Shown: one piece after another, positions 1 to 10,123 of the stretch
How the letters are laid out: the number at the start of each line of letters is the position of its first letter
How positions within the stretch are numbered: the first letter of the stretch is position 1
Program-made: the position numbers and the translations under genes
Origin: Candidatus Hydrogenedentota bacterium
GTDB lineage: Bacteria > Hydrogenedentota > Hydrogenedentia > Hydrogenedentales > SLHB01
Assembly: GCA_963745075.1 (NCBI GenBank)
Contig: CAVUWV010000001.1
Coordinates: forward strand, 64,001-128,000
Direction: 5' to 3'
Length of the DNA stretch: 64,000 bases
Notes under the pieces: model-generated
Database searches by the model: none
Seen by the model: the letters and a program-made list of their open reading frames with translations, nothing else
What the model was told of the DNA's origin: nothing

Positions 1-70
1 GGCCGATGCGAGAACCGGATTCGGCTGATTCAAGAGGAATTGTGCGCGCCTGCAACAAAGGAGACATGCA

Positions 71-196
71 ATGGGAGACAAAAGTCAGAAAGACAAGGAC
101 AAGGGTCGAAAACAGAGAGCCATAAAGGACGCGGATACGAGGAAGAAGAAGAAGGAAAAACAAGACAAAGCGCCGACCGTCGCTTCGTTGAAGTAA
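71..196 (+). CDS. small Lys-rich basic protein (41 aa, MGDKSQKDKDKGRKQRAIKDADTRKKKKEKQDKAPTVASLK)
   Basis: Read manually (below ORF-track cutoff); AAGGAG at 58-63 before ATG 71; TAA at 194-196. Confidence 0.6.
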   Translation: MGDKSQKDKDKGRKQRAIKDADTRKKKKEKQDKAPTVASLK

Positions 197-326
197 GACG
201 TGCGTGCCCGTTCGGCAAGGCGGCGCGAATCATGGTGCCGCGCGCCGAGATACGCGCTGAGTATCCATCTGCGCGACGGTAGTGCCTTGTACCTAAAAGC
301 TAGGTCAGCTAGTTCGGAGTAGTAAA

Positions 327-773
327 GTGAGCATGCGTATTCGCGAGATTGTCGGCGAGAATCGGGAGAAGTACTCGGTGAATCTCGACCGATCTATCCA
401 GCAGGTGATTGACTATATGTACGACGGCGAAGTACGTGCGGTCGCCGTCTGTGACGGCGACAACGTTGTTGGGGTCTTTTCGGAGCGGGATCTGCTGCGG
501 CGGGTCGTGCACCAGGGCCTCGACCTGAATAAGGCCAACGTCCAAGACGTAATGACAAGCCCGGTGTATTGGATTTCCATGGACGAGCGCTACGAGGTAG
601 CGAAGGCAATCATGGTCGATAAGCGGCTTGGCCAATTGGTCGTTAAGGATGAGCAACACCTATTCCGAGGATTCGTTTCCTGGCGAGAGCTTCTGGAAGC
701 CGATCTTTCGGATTCCCGGGATCTTGTGGGCAAGCTGAACGACGATTACTACGAGCATCGTTTTCAGCCTTGA
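327..773 (+). CDS. CBS domain-containing protein
   Basis: Tandem CBS motifs (VVGVFSERDLLRRV, VQDVMTSPV, GFVSWRELL); GGAG upstream. Confidence 0.85.
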   Translation: MSMRIREIVGENREKYSVNLDRSIQQVIDYMYDGEVRAVAVCDGDNVVGVFSERDLLRRVVHQGLDLNKANVQDVMTSPVYWISMDERYEVAKAIMVDKRLGQLVVKDEQHLFRGFVSWRELLEADLSDSRDLVGKLNDDYYEHRFQP

Positions 774-868
774 TTTTGGTGAGTTGACGGTCATGATTCG
801 AGCCTACGCAATCGTCTGGTTAAACTGCGCGAAGTAACGAGAAGAAGAACCTAGACTATTTGTCGCTC

Positions 869-976
869 TAGAGCGGTTTAAATTTTCACAGTCCGATGCC
901 GATATTTTGGGTATGAAACCAACGTATATTGAGATCCGGGAGCGAATCATCGAGGCGTATACGGAGGGGAATCATA
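869..976 (+). mobile_element. IS630-like left-end relic with transposase N-terminal stub
   Basis: TA+GAGCGGTTT end at 869-879; ATG 913 gives MKPTYIEIRERIIEAYTEGNH, resembling IS630 HTH N-termini; cut off at 977 by the next element. Confidence 0.45.
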
Positions 977-2359
977 CTGTCCTTGCGGAAAATCCGTCCG
1001 GCCTGGCTTATCCCGTGTGCTAAGCGAAATTCCATGGCGACGAAGTGTAGGAAGTCAGGTTCGGCGGCGGGGGATTGTCCATCGGCACGGCGACTAGGGA
1101 CACCGTTGGCAACATCGACAGGACCTCCCGACCTCCACTGTCGGAATGAGGCGCGAGGATGGGGTCATGTCACGGCAAATGCTATGCGGCGCGGCGTTCG
1201 TATCGGTGGTGAAGCCCGCCGACTTGGGGGAGCGAGACAACTTTGCCTTGATTGGGCACCTGCAATCGGACGCGTGACCGGGCTGTCCATCTCAAGGGAT
1301 AGATGTGTTCGGGATTCATTGTAATACGCGACGTAGTCGGCAAGAACTCGTCTCAGATGGTTTTCGCTGAAGACGATGACGTGGTCCAAACACTCTCGTC
1401 GAACGCTGCCGTTGAGTCTTTCCGAATACGGATTTTGCCAGGGACTATGTGGTGCCGTGAGGACTTCTTCGATGCCCATGTTCTTGACCCGCCGTCGAAA
1501 CCAATCGCCATAGACCTTGTCACGGTCGCGAAGGAGATACTTCGGCGAGGTGTCCCACGGAAAGGCCTCAACGACTTGCTGTGCTGCCCATGCCGCGGTC
1601 GGATGTTCCGTTACTGCGAAGTGAACGATCCGACGGCGCTCGACGGACAGAAAAAGCAACACGTACAGGATTTGGAATCGGACGGTGGGTACCACCATGA
1701 AATCGATGGACACGATCTCCCTTGCATGGTTCTTGAGGAACGCGCGCCAGGTGGGAGACGGTGGCTTTGGGACGCGTACCTTGTATTTGTCCACGGTTGA
1801 CCTGTTGACCGATGATACCGAGCTTCGCCAATTCGCCCACAATACGTGGCGAACCCCACGTTGGGTTCATCGACGACATGGTCCGGATCAGTTCTTTCAC
1901 TTCGTCCGCGACGGGAGGTCGGCCGGGTTCACCGGACTGAGACAACTTTCTCCAATGCTCTTTGAAGCGCTTGCGCTGCCAGCGAATGACCGTATCCGGC
2001 TTCACGAAAATGAGTGCGTCTTTCCATCCGGTCCAAGCTTTTGCCAGAAGACTCCACAGAATACGATCAGCCGGCCTCACCTTCGGTCTCTTGACACTCC
2101 GCTGGTACACGCACAGCTGATGCCGCAACGCAAGGTTCTCGGCTTGAAGCCCCGCGCGAGACTTCAACATCGCCGCCCAAGAAACCCGTACACAGTCTAA
2201 TGAATTCAATCATTTCCACTCCGATCACGCACCCAACGACGAGGTTTCATTGAAGCGGAAAGAACTAACAAATGGCTCGGCAATTCAGCGAGTTTGAGCG
2301 GAGACGCCATGAACGTAAGTCCTTGCCCGGCAATAAGGACGAATTTTCAGCAACCGCCG
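977..2359 (-). mobile_element. IS3/IS481-like insertion sequence (rve integrase-core family), degenerate
   Basis: Imperfect terminal inverted repeats ctgtccttgcggaaaatccgtcc (977-999) and ggacgaattttcagcaaccgccg (2337-2359), 17/23 match; transposase pseudogene inside. Confidence 0.75.
1182..2213 (-). pseudogene. integrase-core (DDE) transposase with three apparent frameshifts
   Basis: AENLALRHQL..WGSPRIVGELAKLG and SIDF..LLRDRD..PWQNPYSERLNGSVRRECLDH lie in different frames; shifts near 2177, 1813 and 1264; natural C-terminus GGLHHRYERRAA* ends at 1182. Confidence 0.85.
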
Positions 2360-2584
2360 ATTCTTGATGACTTCTAATGCATTTTAGCGTAATGTATTCA
2401 CCAGCATGAGAATTCGGTCATCTCATGTGTTCGGGTTGGAAAACTGGGCTTAGCTGCGTGTCAATGCTTCCAATAATATCTCGCGGCAAAAAAACGCGTA
2501 TCGGGTGCCAGCCCATCGCCCAATTGATATCGAGCCGACATTTGCGACGCTGAATAAAAGCCAGGGAGCGGACACCAATCTGTT

Positions 2585-3154
2585 ATGGGTGATGTAACGC
2601 AGATTCTTGCGGCCATGCAGGTCGGCGATTCCCATTCTTCTGAGGAGCTTATACCTCTCGTATATAATGAGTTGCGGCGATTGGCAGCGAGTCGCATGGC
2701 CCACGAATCGCCTGAGAACACGCTTCAACCGACGGCACTTGTCCACGAGGCTTTCCTGCGATTGGTTGGCTCTGAGGCTGGGCAGTCGTGGAACAGTCGC
2801 GGCCACTTCTTTGCGGCGGCAGCAGAAGCAATGCGGCGTATCCTTATCGAGGCGGCTCGAAAGAAGCGAAGCCTGAAACGAGGCGAGGGTTTTGAGCGTG
2901 TCGAACTGGATATTGCGGATGGCGCCACGCTCGAAATCAATGCGGAATTACTGGATCTCGACGCGGCGCTGCTTAACTTCGCGCAGGTAGAGCCGAGGGC
3001 GGCCGAGTTGGTGAAACTCCGGTTCTTCGCAGGCCTCACCATCGAAGAGGCGGCTGCAGCGCTCCAGATCTCGCCACGCACGGCCAAACGGGAATGGGCA
3101 TATGCACGCGTATGGCTGCGGCGCGAAATGGATGAGCACGCTCAGCCGTCCTGA
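2585..3154 (+). CDS. ECF sigma factor, planctomycete kinase-associated type (TIGR02999-like)
   Basis: LIPLVYNELRRLA, TLQPTALVHEAFLRL, HFFAAAAEAMRRILI, VKLRFFAGLTIEEAA. Confidence 0.92.
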   Translation: MGDVTQILAAMQVGDSHSSEELIPLVYNELRRLAASRMAHESPENTLQPTALVHEAFLRLVGSEAGQSWNSRGHFFAAAAEAMRRILIEAARKKRSLKRGEGFERVELDIADGATLEINAELLDLDAALLNFAQVEPRAAELVKLRFFAGLTIEEAAAALQISPRTAKREWAYARVWLRREMDEHAQPS

Positions 3155-3174
3155 GGTACGATCTGCTCATCCTT

Positions 3175-3204
3175 TGACACCCTTCGTCTCTCTAATACGC
3201 ACTA
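3175..3204 (+). promoter_or_regulatory. putative ECF-dependent promoter (TGnCACC-N16-CGCACTA) upstream of the kinase
   Basis: 20/30 identity, same spacing, to 6800-6829. Confidence 0.45.
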
Positions 3205-3313
3205 GAGGATAACGCTCCTACGTTCCGATGACTTCTCGGCAGGCACGAGTGGGAGCAGTGCGGCGTCGCCAGGTGAATTCGGGCCCAGGATCCAAAATGG
3301 AGGTGTCACGGAA

Positions 3314-6300
3314 ATGGATAGGCGGATGCTGGAGAAGGAGGTATTTCTTGCTGCCCTCGCCTTGTCCTCGGAACCCGAGCGCGCTGCCTATGTCGAGTCG
3401 GCGTGCGGCGGGGACGAAACGCTTCGAAATGGTGTGGAAGAACTGCTGCTTCTCCATGACCAGGCGGACGGCCTCATTGATGAGGCCCTATTGTTTCCAG
3501 TTGATAGGACCAGCCCAAAGCAGTTTGACGCCAGCGGAACGGACATTGGACCGTATCACCTCCAACAACTGATCGGCGAGGGTGGCTTCGGAGTCGTCTA
3601 TCTCGCGTCGCAGGAGAAACCCTTCAAGCGACAGGTTGCGTTGAAGGTTGTCAAGCCGGGAATGGACACACGCCAGATTCTGGCTCGCTTCGACGCCGAG
3701 CGGCAAGCTCTTGCCATGATGGACCATCCTAACATTGCCCGCGTTTTTGATGTAGGCGCTACCGACACGGGCCGGCCTTACTTCGCAATGGAACTCGTGG
3801 ATGGAGTCAGTATAACCGAATACTGCGATCAGAACCGGCTCACCGTAGCCGACCGCCTCAAACTGTTCGCCCAAGTTTGCGACGCAATTCAGCATGCACA
3901 CCAGAAGGGCGTCATCCATCGCGACATCAAACCGTCAAACATCCTGGTCTCGCCACAGGACGGTCGGTGCGAACCAAAAGTCATTGACTTCGGCGTTGCG
4001 AAGGCGTTAAATCAGCGCTTGACCGAACATTCCATGGCGACGACAGGCATGTTCATGCTTGGCACGCCATTATACATGAGCCCGGAGCAGGCAGATACGG
4101 GTTCTATTGATGTCGACACGCGTAGCGACATCTACTCCCTCGGTGTCCTTCTCTACGAATTGCTCACCGGCACCACGCCCCTGGATCGCAACCGCGTCAA
4201 GCGCGCAACCTACGAGGAATTTCGCCGGATGGTTCGAGACGAAGAACCGCCGCGACCCAGTGCGCGCGTAGGTTCAGCGGACGAGCCGCACACGACGGTT
4301 GGCGAGAATCGCCAAATCACGCCGAGCCGGCTTCGAACCCTTTTGAGCCGCGATCTGGATTGGGTCGTGATGAAGGCAATTGCGAAAGAGCGCGAGCGGC
4401 GATACGAGTCCGTGGGCAGGCTCGCCGATGATATCAACCGTTACCTGGACGGGGATAGCGTGGCCGCCCGTCCACCGTCCGTGATGTACAAAATGCAGAA
4501 GTTGGCTTTGCGCCACCGAACGGCACTTATTGTTGCAGTCATTCTTCTGTTGGCGACGTCGGCGGGCCTCGCGGTGAGTACCGCACTCATACTGGAACAA
4601 CGAAATATCGCGCGTTGGGAAGCGGATCAGGCCGAACTGGCGCACCTCGAAGCGCTACGGGAAAAAGAACGTCGCAGTTGAAAATGTCTACTATGCCAAC
4701 ATCCAGATTGCTTACCAGGACTGGCGCTGGGGACAAGTTCACCGAATGCAGATGCTGCTCGATGACTTGCGCCCCCAGACCGGCGAGCGCGATCGGCGCG
4801 GCTGGGAGTGGTATTACCTTCATTCGCTTTGCCACATGGACAAACTGACCATTCAAACCCATGCAGGTGCCGTGTCGTCAATCGCGCAAAGTCCGGACGG
4901 AAAACGAATCGCTTCCGGGTCGGTCACGGACAACGCCGTCCGAATTTGGGATGCGTCAACAGGCGAGGAACTGGTTTGTTTACGCGGTCCTCAACGTGGC
5001 GTTTCATCTGTGTCCTGGTGCGGCGACGGAGAAACGCTGGCGTCTGGAGGGTGGGATGGGACGCTCATAATCTGGGATCTCAATACGCGGCGTATCCTGC
5101 ACGAGGTCAATTGCGGAACCTCTGTCTTGGCAGTCGCATGGCGCCCCGATGACCAGGCCGTAGCGGTAGGCGGCTTCCGTCAGATCGAGGGGAACACTGA
5201 AGACGGCACGGTTTGGATTGTTGACGGGAAATCTGGAGCCCAAGTGCGTGAGCTTACGGGACACGTCGGCCTAATATGGTCTCTTGCGTGGGACCCGACG
5301 GGAACCCTCCTAGCCGCAGGCGAAAACTGGCAAGGATTCATCCAGGTCTGGGAGCCCGAAACCGCACGGCTCGTTTCCACATTCAAGGCCCACAACCACT
5401 ATATTGGCGCTCTCGCCTGGAGCCCGGATGGTAAATGGCTGGCATCCGGCAGCCAGAGCGCTGCCATCCGGATTTTCAACACCGCCGACTGGTCTGTTGC
5501 CAACGATATTCCAAAAAGTCATCTGGGACGTGTCAACGCGGTATGCTGGAGTAGTACCAGCGATCGGCTCGCCTCGTTTGGATTGGACGGCGTTGGCAAG
5601 ATCCGGGACACCGCAACGAATTCCGTTGTTGCAACGATCCGCGGACATCAAGGCGCAGTGACGTCCGCCTTTTGGTCGCGGAACGAAGACACACTCGTAA
5701 CCGGAAGTTCCGACGGTACAATCAAAGTGTGGAACGTCAACGAGCAAACAGAGACTCGGGATTATGTCGGACGGGAACGTGTCGCGTGGAGTCCGAATGG
5801 AAAATGTCTCGCCATTAGAGTCACGGACCCTGTGAGCGGGGAGGAAATGGTTCGGATCGTCAATTCCAACGATGGGAGCGAGGTACTTAATCTACGACTT
5901 GATGGCACGGGATTCATTGGTCCAATCGCCTTCAGTCCGGACGGCGGGAAACTTGCCGTTGGCGTTTGGCGTCCTGGAAGACTCATCGTATGGGACTTGG
6001 AGACCCGGCAAATCGTTCTCGATGCTGTTGCGCACGGTTTCGAACTTCGATCGGTAGACTGGTCTCCGGACGGCACTCGCCTCGTTACCGGGGGAGAGGA
6101 CGGCCTAATACAGGTGTGGGACACGGGACGGCTGGCATGCGTCAAGTCCATTCTCGGGTATTCTGACGAACCGTTTGACGTCGATTGCGTTATCTGGAAC
6201 CCGGCAGGTACAAAGTTTGCGTCTTCCACTCGTTTTGGTGGAGTCAACGTGTGGGACGCAGAAACCTACACGTCACTCCTCAGTCCAAGTTCTCCGAAAT

Positions 6301-6689
6301 ACGACGCTGGCGGACAATATCCTCTCTCTTGGAGTCCTTCGGGCGACCGGTTGGCAATCGGTTGTTCAGGTGGCGAAATCTTCGTCATCGACGCGGTCAC
6401 GGGTAAGGAATGCTACGTGGCGGTCGGAAACTCCTCCATTGTACGTTCGGTCGCGTGGAGCCCGGACGGGACACGGCTCGCCAGCGGCGGTTGGGACCGC
6501 CAACTCAAGATATGGGATGCAAGTAACGGACGCGAGTTGTTCTCATTCACAGGAAAGGATGAACCCATTGATTGTGTGGCGTGGGCGCCCGAAGGGCGGC
6601 GAATCGCCATTGCTAGGTCCGCAAGCGTAGAAATCCTCGACGCGACCAACGGGTACGCTTCGGAACCGTATGCCGAAGCCGCTGATTAA
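3314..6689 (+). pseudogene. Ser/Thr protein kinase-TM-WD40 repeat protein, split by a frameshift at ~4670 (ORFs 3314-4681 and 4746-6689)
   Basis: GEGGFGVV, VALK, HRDIKPSN, DFG, GTPLYMSPEQ; TM helix; shifted frame continues VAVENVYYANIQIAYQDW..RGWEWYYL into many WD40 repeats. Confidence 0.85.
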
Positions 6690-6799
6690 CGTCGCGGCAC
6701 ACCAGTCTCAAGGCACTTTCTGACAACCACTTGCGGCATCGTCCCCAACAAGCGTTGTCCCTCTCCCAGTCCTCCCAAGATGTTCGCACGGCGAATCGG

Positions 6800-6829
6800 T
6801 GTCACCTTTTGCTCCGTAAATGCGCACTA
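6800..6829 (+). promoter_or_regulatory. putative ECF-dependent promoter upstream of the repeat lipoprotein
   Basis: tgtcaccttttgctccgtaaatgcgcacta, second copy of the 3175-3204 motif. Confidence 0.45.
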
Positions 6830-6965
6830 CTGGGTGTAGCCGGAGCGCACCGAAGCGACCGCCTGCATCACTGTTATCGCTTGCAAGGCGTTAGCCAATC
6901 CGAGGTGTACATGCTTTGTCTGTCGCCGTTTCCGTATTGACGGACTCAGGTGAGGGAGAAGAGAA

Positions 6966-7928
6966 ATGAGTGCTTTAACTCGTAGTTTCCTGTTGCTCGG
7001 GATCGTTCTGCTCATCACCGCCTTGGTACCGATCTTCGGCTGTCCGGCTCCGGGGCAGGGACAGGACAATCTGACAGGTCGCGTGGAAGATTTGGAAGCG
7101 CAGTTGGCGGAACTCAGAGCGAAGACCGCGTACATTACGATTCAACAAGGCAACCTGAATGGACTTGCCGGACCTCACATGATCGTCGAGGGCTGCAATG
7201 TGCACGTCCGCAGTGGAAGCGGAAGTACGTCGGATGAGACAGTGGCCCGGGCCAACGTGTCGAGCGAAGATAAAGCGTTGCCGCTGGGTTTGGGCAATCT
7301 GATCGTGGGCTACAACGAGGAGCCCTTGATCGAAGCGACCGACCGGGCAGGATCTCATAACCTTATTGTGGGCTCGCGCCATAATTATCCCAACGTCGCG
7401 GGTGTTGTTTTTGGACTGGAGAACACCGCCAGTGGAATATCCTGCACCGTACTGGGGGGGTATAACAATGAAGCTTCGGGGGACTATTCAAGCGTTGGTG
7501 GTGGCGCGAGAAATGCTTCCGTCGGCAACTTCGCTGCGGTGGCAAGCGGTGACTCGGGTACTGCCGAAGGGAACTATTCGGGCATCTCGGGAGGCAAATC
7601 CAACACGGCCAGTGGCGTTTACTCTAGCGTTTCCGGCGGAAGCTCCAACGAGGCCAGCGGCGTCCAATCCAGCATTAGCGGGGGAAGCTACAACAATGCC
7701 AGCGGCGTCCAATCCGGCGTCAGCGGCGGCTACCAGAATGCATCCACCAACCAGAATGCAAGCATTAGCGGCGGGTCATATAACATAGCAAGTGGCGGCG
7801 GTTCGAGCGTCGCTGGCGGATCGGGTAACACGGCCAGCGGCCTTTTATCTATCGTCAGCGGTGGCTCAGGTCGTGACGCATCTGGGACCTTAGACTGGGT
7901 GGCAGGAGGGCTGTGGCAGGACGAATAG
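6966..7928 (+). CDS. putative lipoprotein with coiled coil and ~15-aa (ASGxxSSxSGGxxN) beta-solenoid repeats
   Basis: Signal peptide ending IFGC; short coiled coil; GLGNLIVGYNE/GSHNLIVG; about 10 Gly/Ser/Asn repeats; GGGAG RBS. Confidence 0.75.
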   Translation: MSALTRSFLLLGIVLLITALVPIFGCPAPGQGQDNLTGRVEDLEAQLAELRAKTAYITIQQGNLNGLAGPHMIVEGCNVHVRSGSGSTSDETVARANVSSEDKALPLGLGNLIVGYNEEPLIEATDRAGSHNLIVGSRHNYPNVAGVVFGLENTASGISCTVLGGYNNEASGDYSSVGGGARNASVGNFAAVASGDSGTAEGNYSGISGGKSNTASGVYSSVSGGSSNEASGVQSSISGGSYNNASGVQSGVSGGYQNASTNQNASISGGSYNIASGGGSSVAGGSGNTASGLLSIVSGGSGRDASGTLDWVAGGLWQDE

Positions 7929-8259
7929 GAAATCCCGAAGTGATTTGCGAACCGTGTGCGTCCTGAACACTGGCCCCGAATTTGCCCAAACAATTGGTCG
8001 AAGTCTTCAACCGTAGTGATGAGTAGTCTTTCGTTGATTCAGGCAATGCAGCCATTACGCAGAAAAAGGTCTTACGATGAATTCTACACACAGTCCGTCC
8101 TTTGGAATCGTTCTCCGGATCGCATTCGTACCGTTCGCTCTGGGTCTGTTCACAGCCCGCTTCGCCGATTAAACTTAACACTCAGACTTCGTCCCATCTT
8201 CATGATTCGTTATGCAAGGTGTACTCAAACGCCCTCCAAACCGAAAAGAGGATCCTGTC

Positions 8260-9051
8260 GTGAAACAGCCGTTCAGGACTTTTGGCGTGTCGCTGGTCGC
8301 AATGATTCTCGCCGTATTGGCTGGGTGTCCTTCAAATAACCGAGACCCCGTGGCCGGCCAAACTCGAACTTTCGACGGTATCGAGTTTCAGTGGTGTCCG
8401 GCAGGGTCCCTAATGATGGGCAGCCCTTCAGATGAGGTGGGCCGTCAAATGGATGAAACCGTTCGTGCAGTCACCATTTCTCAAGGGTTTTGGTTGGGGA
8501 AGTACGAGGTGACGCAGGCACAGTGGGAGAAAACTCGAGGCACAAACCCGTCGTACCACATTGGCGATGATCTGCCGGTCGAAATGGTCAACTGGGACGA
8601 TGCCCAAGATTTTCTGGACGTTCTGAATGCCGGGGCTTCCGGAGCATCGTACCGGTTAGCGACGGAGGCCGAATGGGAGTATGCCCACCGGGCCGGGACC
8701 ACGACGCGGTTCTATTGGGGCGACGACCCGAACCTGACGGCCGTAGACAAACGTTCCTGGCACAATGGAAACAGTGACGCGACCCATGCGGTTGGATTAA
8801 GAATACCAAACAATTGGGGTCTCTGCGACATGTCCGGGAACGCCGCCGAATGGTGCCAGGATAGGTACGGAGACTATGTGCCGGGACCCGTGACGGACCC
8901 CCAAGGACCCAGTTCTGGCACGTCTCGCGTCGTGCGTGGGGGGTCATGGCTCGACGATCCGGAACTCGGCCGCTCAGCCGCTCGCAACTACGCAGCGCAA
9001 GACGTCCTGTCCCGCGATATCGGGTTTCGTGTGCTAAGGACCAAAGAGTAA
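8260..9051 (+). CDS. FGE-sulfatase (SUMF1/CLec-fold) domain lipoprotein
   Basis: LAGC lipobox; F(M)MGS, GKYEVTQAQW, RLATEAEWEYA, DMSGNAAEWC, RGGSW, IGFRV; GTG start after GAGGA. Confidence 0.88.
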   Translation: MKQPFRTFGVSLVAMILAVLAGCPSNNRDPVAGQTRTFDGIEFQWCPAGSLMMGSPSDEVGRQMDETVRAVTISQGFWLGKYEVTQAQWEKTRGTNPSYHIGDDLPVEMVNWDDAQDFLDVLNAGASGASYRLATEAEWEYAHRAGTTTRFYWGDDPNLTAVDKRSWHNGNSDATHAVGLRIPNNWGLCDMSGNAAEWCQDRYGDYVPGPVTDPQGPSSGTSRVVRGGSWLDDPELGRSAARNYAAQDVLSRDIGFRVLRTKE

Positions 9052-9134
9052 TGGGCAGCGCACTCCTTGTCTTTTCCCGTTCCAAGGGTAAAACGCATTC
9101 GCTATTGTGAGACTAACCGAAAGAGGTTCCGATC

Positions 9135-9932
9135 ATGAAACAATTCAGCGGCACCGTTGGCGCGGCGCTGGTCGCGTCGTGTTTTGTACTCTCCGTTGGA
9201 TGCCCGCCCGTTGGCAGAGACCCAGTAGCAGGCCAGACTCGAACCTTCGATGGCATAGAGTTTCAGTGGTGCCCTGCGGGCACCTTTGCCATGGGGAGTC
9301 CTTCGAGCGAGGCTGGTCGTGCAATTGACGAGACATTGCACGCGGTTACAATTGCCAAGGGATTTTGGCTGGGAAAGTTCGAAGTGACGCAGGCGCAGTG
9401 GGAGGATATTAGGAACACTAATCCTTCCTTTTTCGAGGGTAATGATCGACCGGTCGAAACAGTGAGTTGGAACGATGTCCAGGAGTACCTCGTCACCTTC
9501 AATGCCACGCATTCTGGCGCGACATACCGGTTGCCGACAGAAGCGGAGTGGGAATATGCGTGCCGTGCGGGTTCAACCTCGCGGTTCTACTGGGGCGAAG
9601 ATTCCAATGAAACCGCTATTGCTAATTATGCTTGGTACAACGCTAACAGCAGCAACAAGACGCACATCGTAGGAACGAAAAGCCCCAACGAATGGGGCCT
9701 TTTTGACATGTCTGGGAACGTCCACGAGTGGTGCCAAGATGAATACGGAGACTACCCAGCTGGTCCGGTTACCGATCCCATGGGAGCCATTCCGGGCGAT
9801 TCTGCGGTCTACCGTGGCGGGGCGTGGCACCTCGATCAACCATATTTTTGCCGTTCGGCGGCACGCTACTACGACCTTCCAAACCTAAAATACAACTATA
9901 TTGGCTTTCGCTTGTTGCGGACAGAGAATTGA
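9135..9932 (+). CDS. FGE-sulfatase (SUMF1/CLec-fold) domain lipoprotein, tandem paralog
   Basis: SVGC lipobox; RLPTEAEWEYACRAG, DMSGNVHEWC, RGGAW, IGFRL; shares RDPVAGQTRTFDGIEFQWCPAG with the preceding gene. Confidence 0.88.
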   Translation: MKQFSGTVGAALVASCFVLSVGCPPVGRDPVAGQTRTFDGIEFQWCPAGTFAMGSPSSEAGRAIDETLHAVTIAKGFWLGKFEVTQAQWEDIRNTNPSFFEGNDRPVETVSWNDVQEYLVTFNATHSGATYRLPTEAEWEYACRAGSTSRFYWGEDSNETAIANYAWYNANSSNKTHIVGTKSPNEWGLFDMSGNVHEWCQDEYGDYPAGPVTDPMGAIPGDSAVYRGGAWHLDQPYFCRSAARYYDLPNLKYNYIGFRLLRTEN

Positions 9933-10123
9933 TGATTACGGTCCTATGCTTCGTTGGCAACTCCGGCAAGCAAAGGCCGGATTCAGCTCCCGACGAGTAT
10001 GCGAGTATCGAGCGGGAGCCGACCTAGGGGATCGAGGAATTCAACGTCATTCGCGAGACACATCTTGTCTATGTCGAGAGCGAATGTTCCAGCGTATCAG
10101 AGCTAACAACATGGGAGAATGGC

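Noticed and set aside
1303..1800. Plus-strand 165-aa ORF inside the IS
   Set aside because: It is the antisense frame of the integrase-core transposase
8260..9932. Complete diversity-generating retroelement
   Set aside because: No reverse transcriptase, Avd or AAC-rich template repeat is visible in the window
8260..9932. Sulfatase-maturing formylglycine-generating enzymes for the sulfatase at 62725
   Set aside because: They lack the paired catalytic cysteines after RGGS and are lipoproteins
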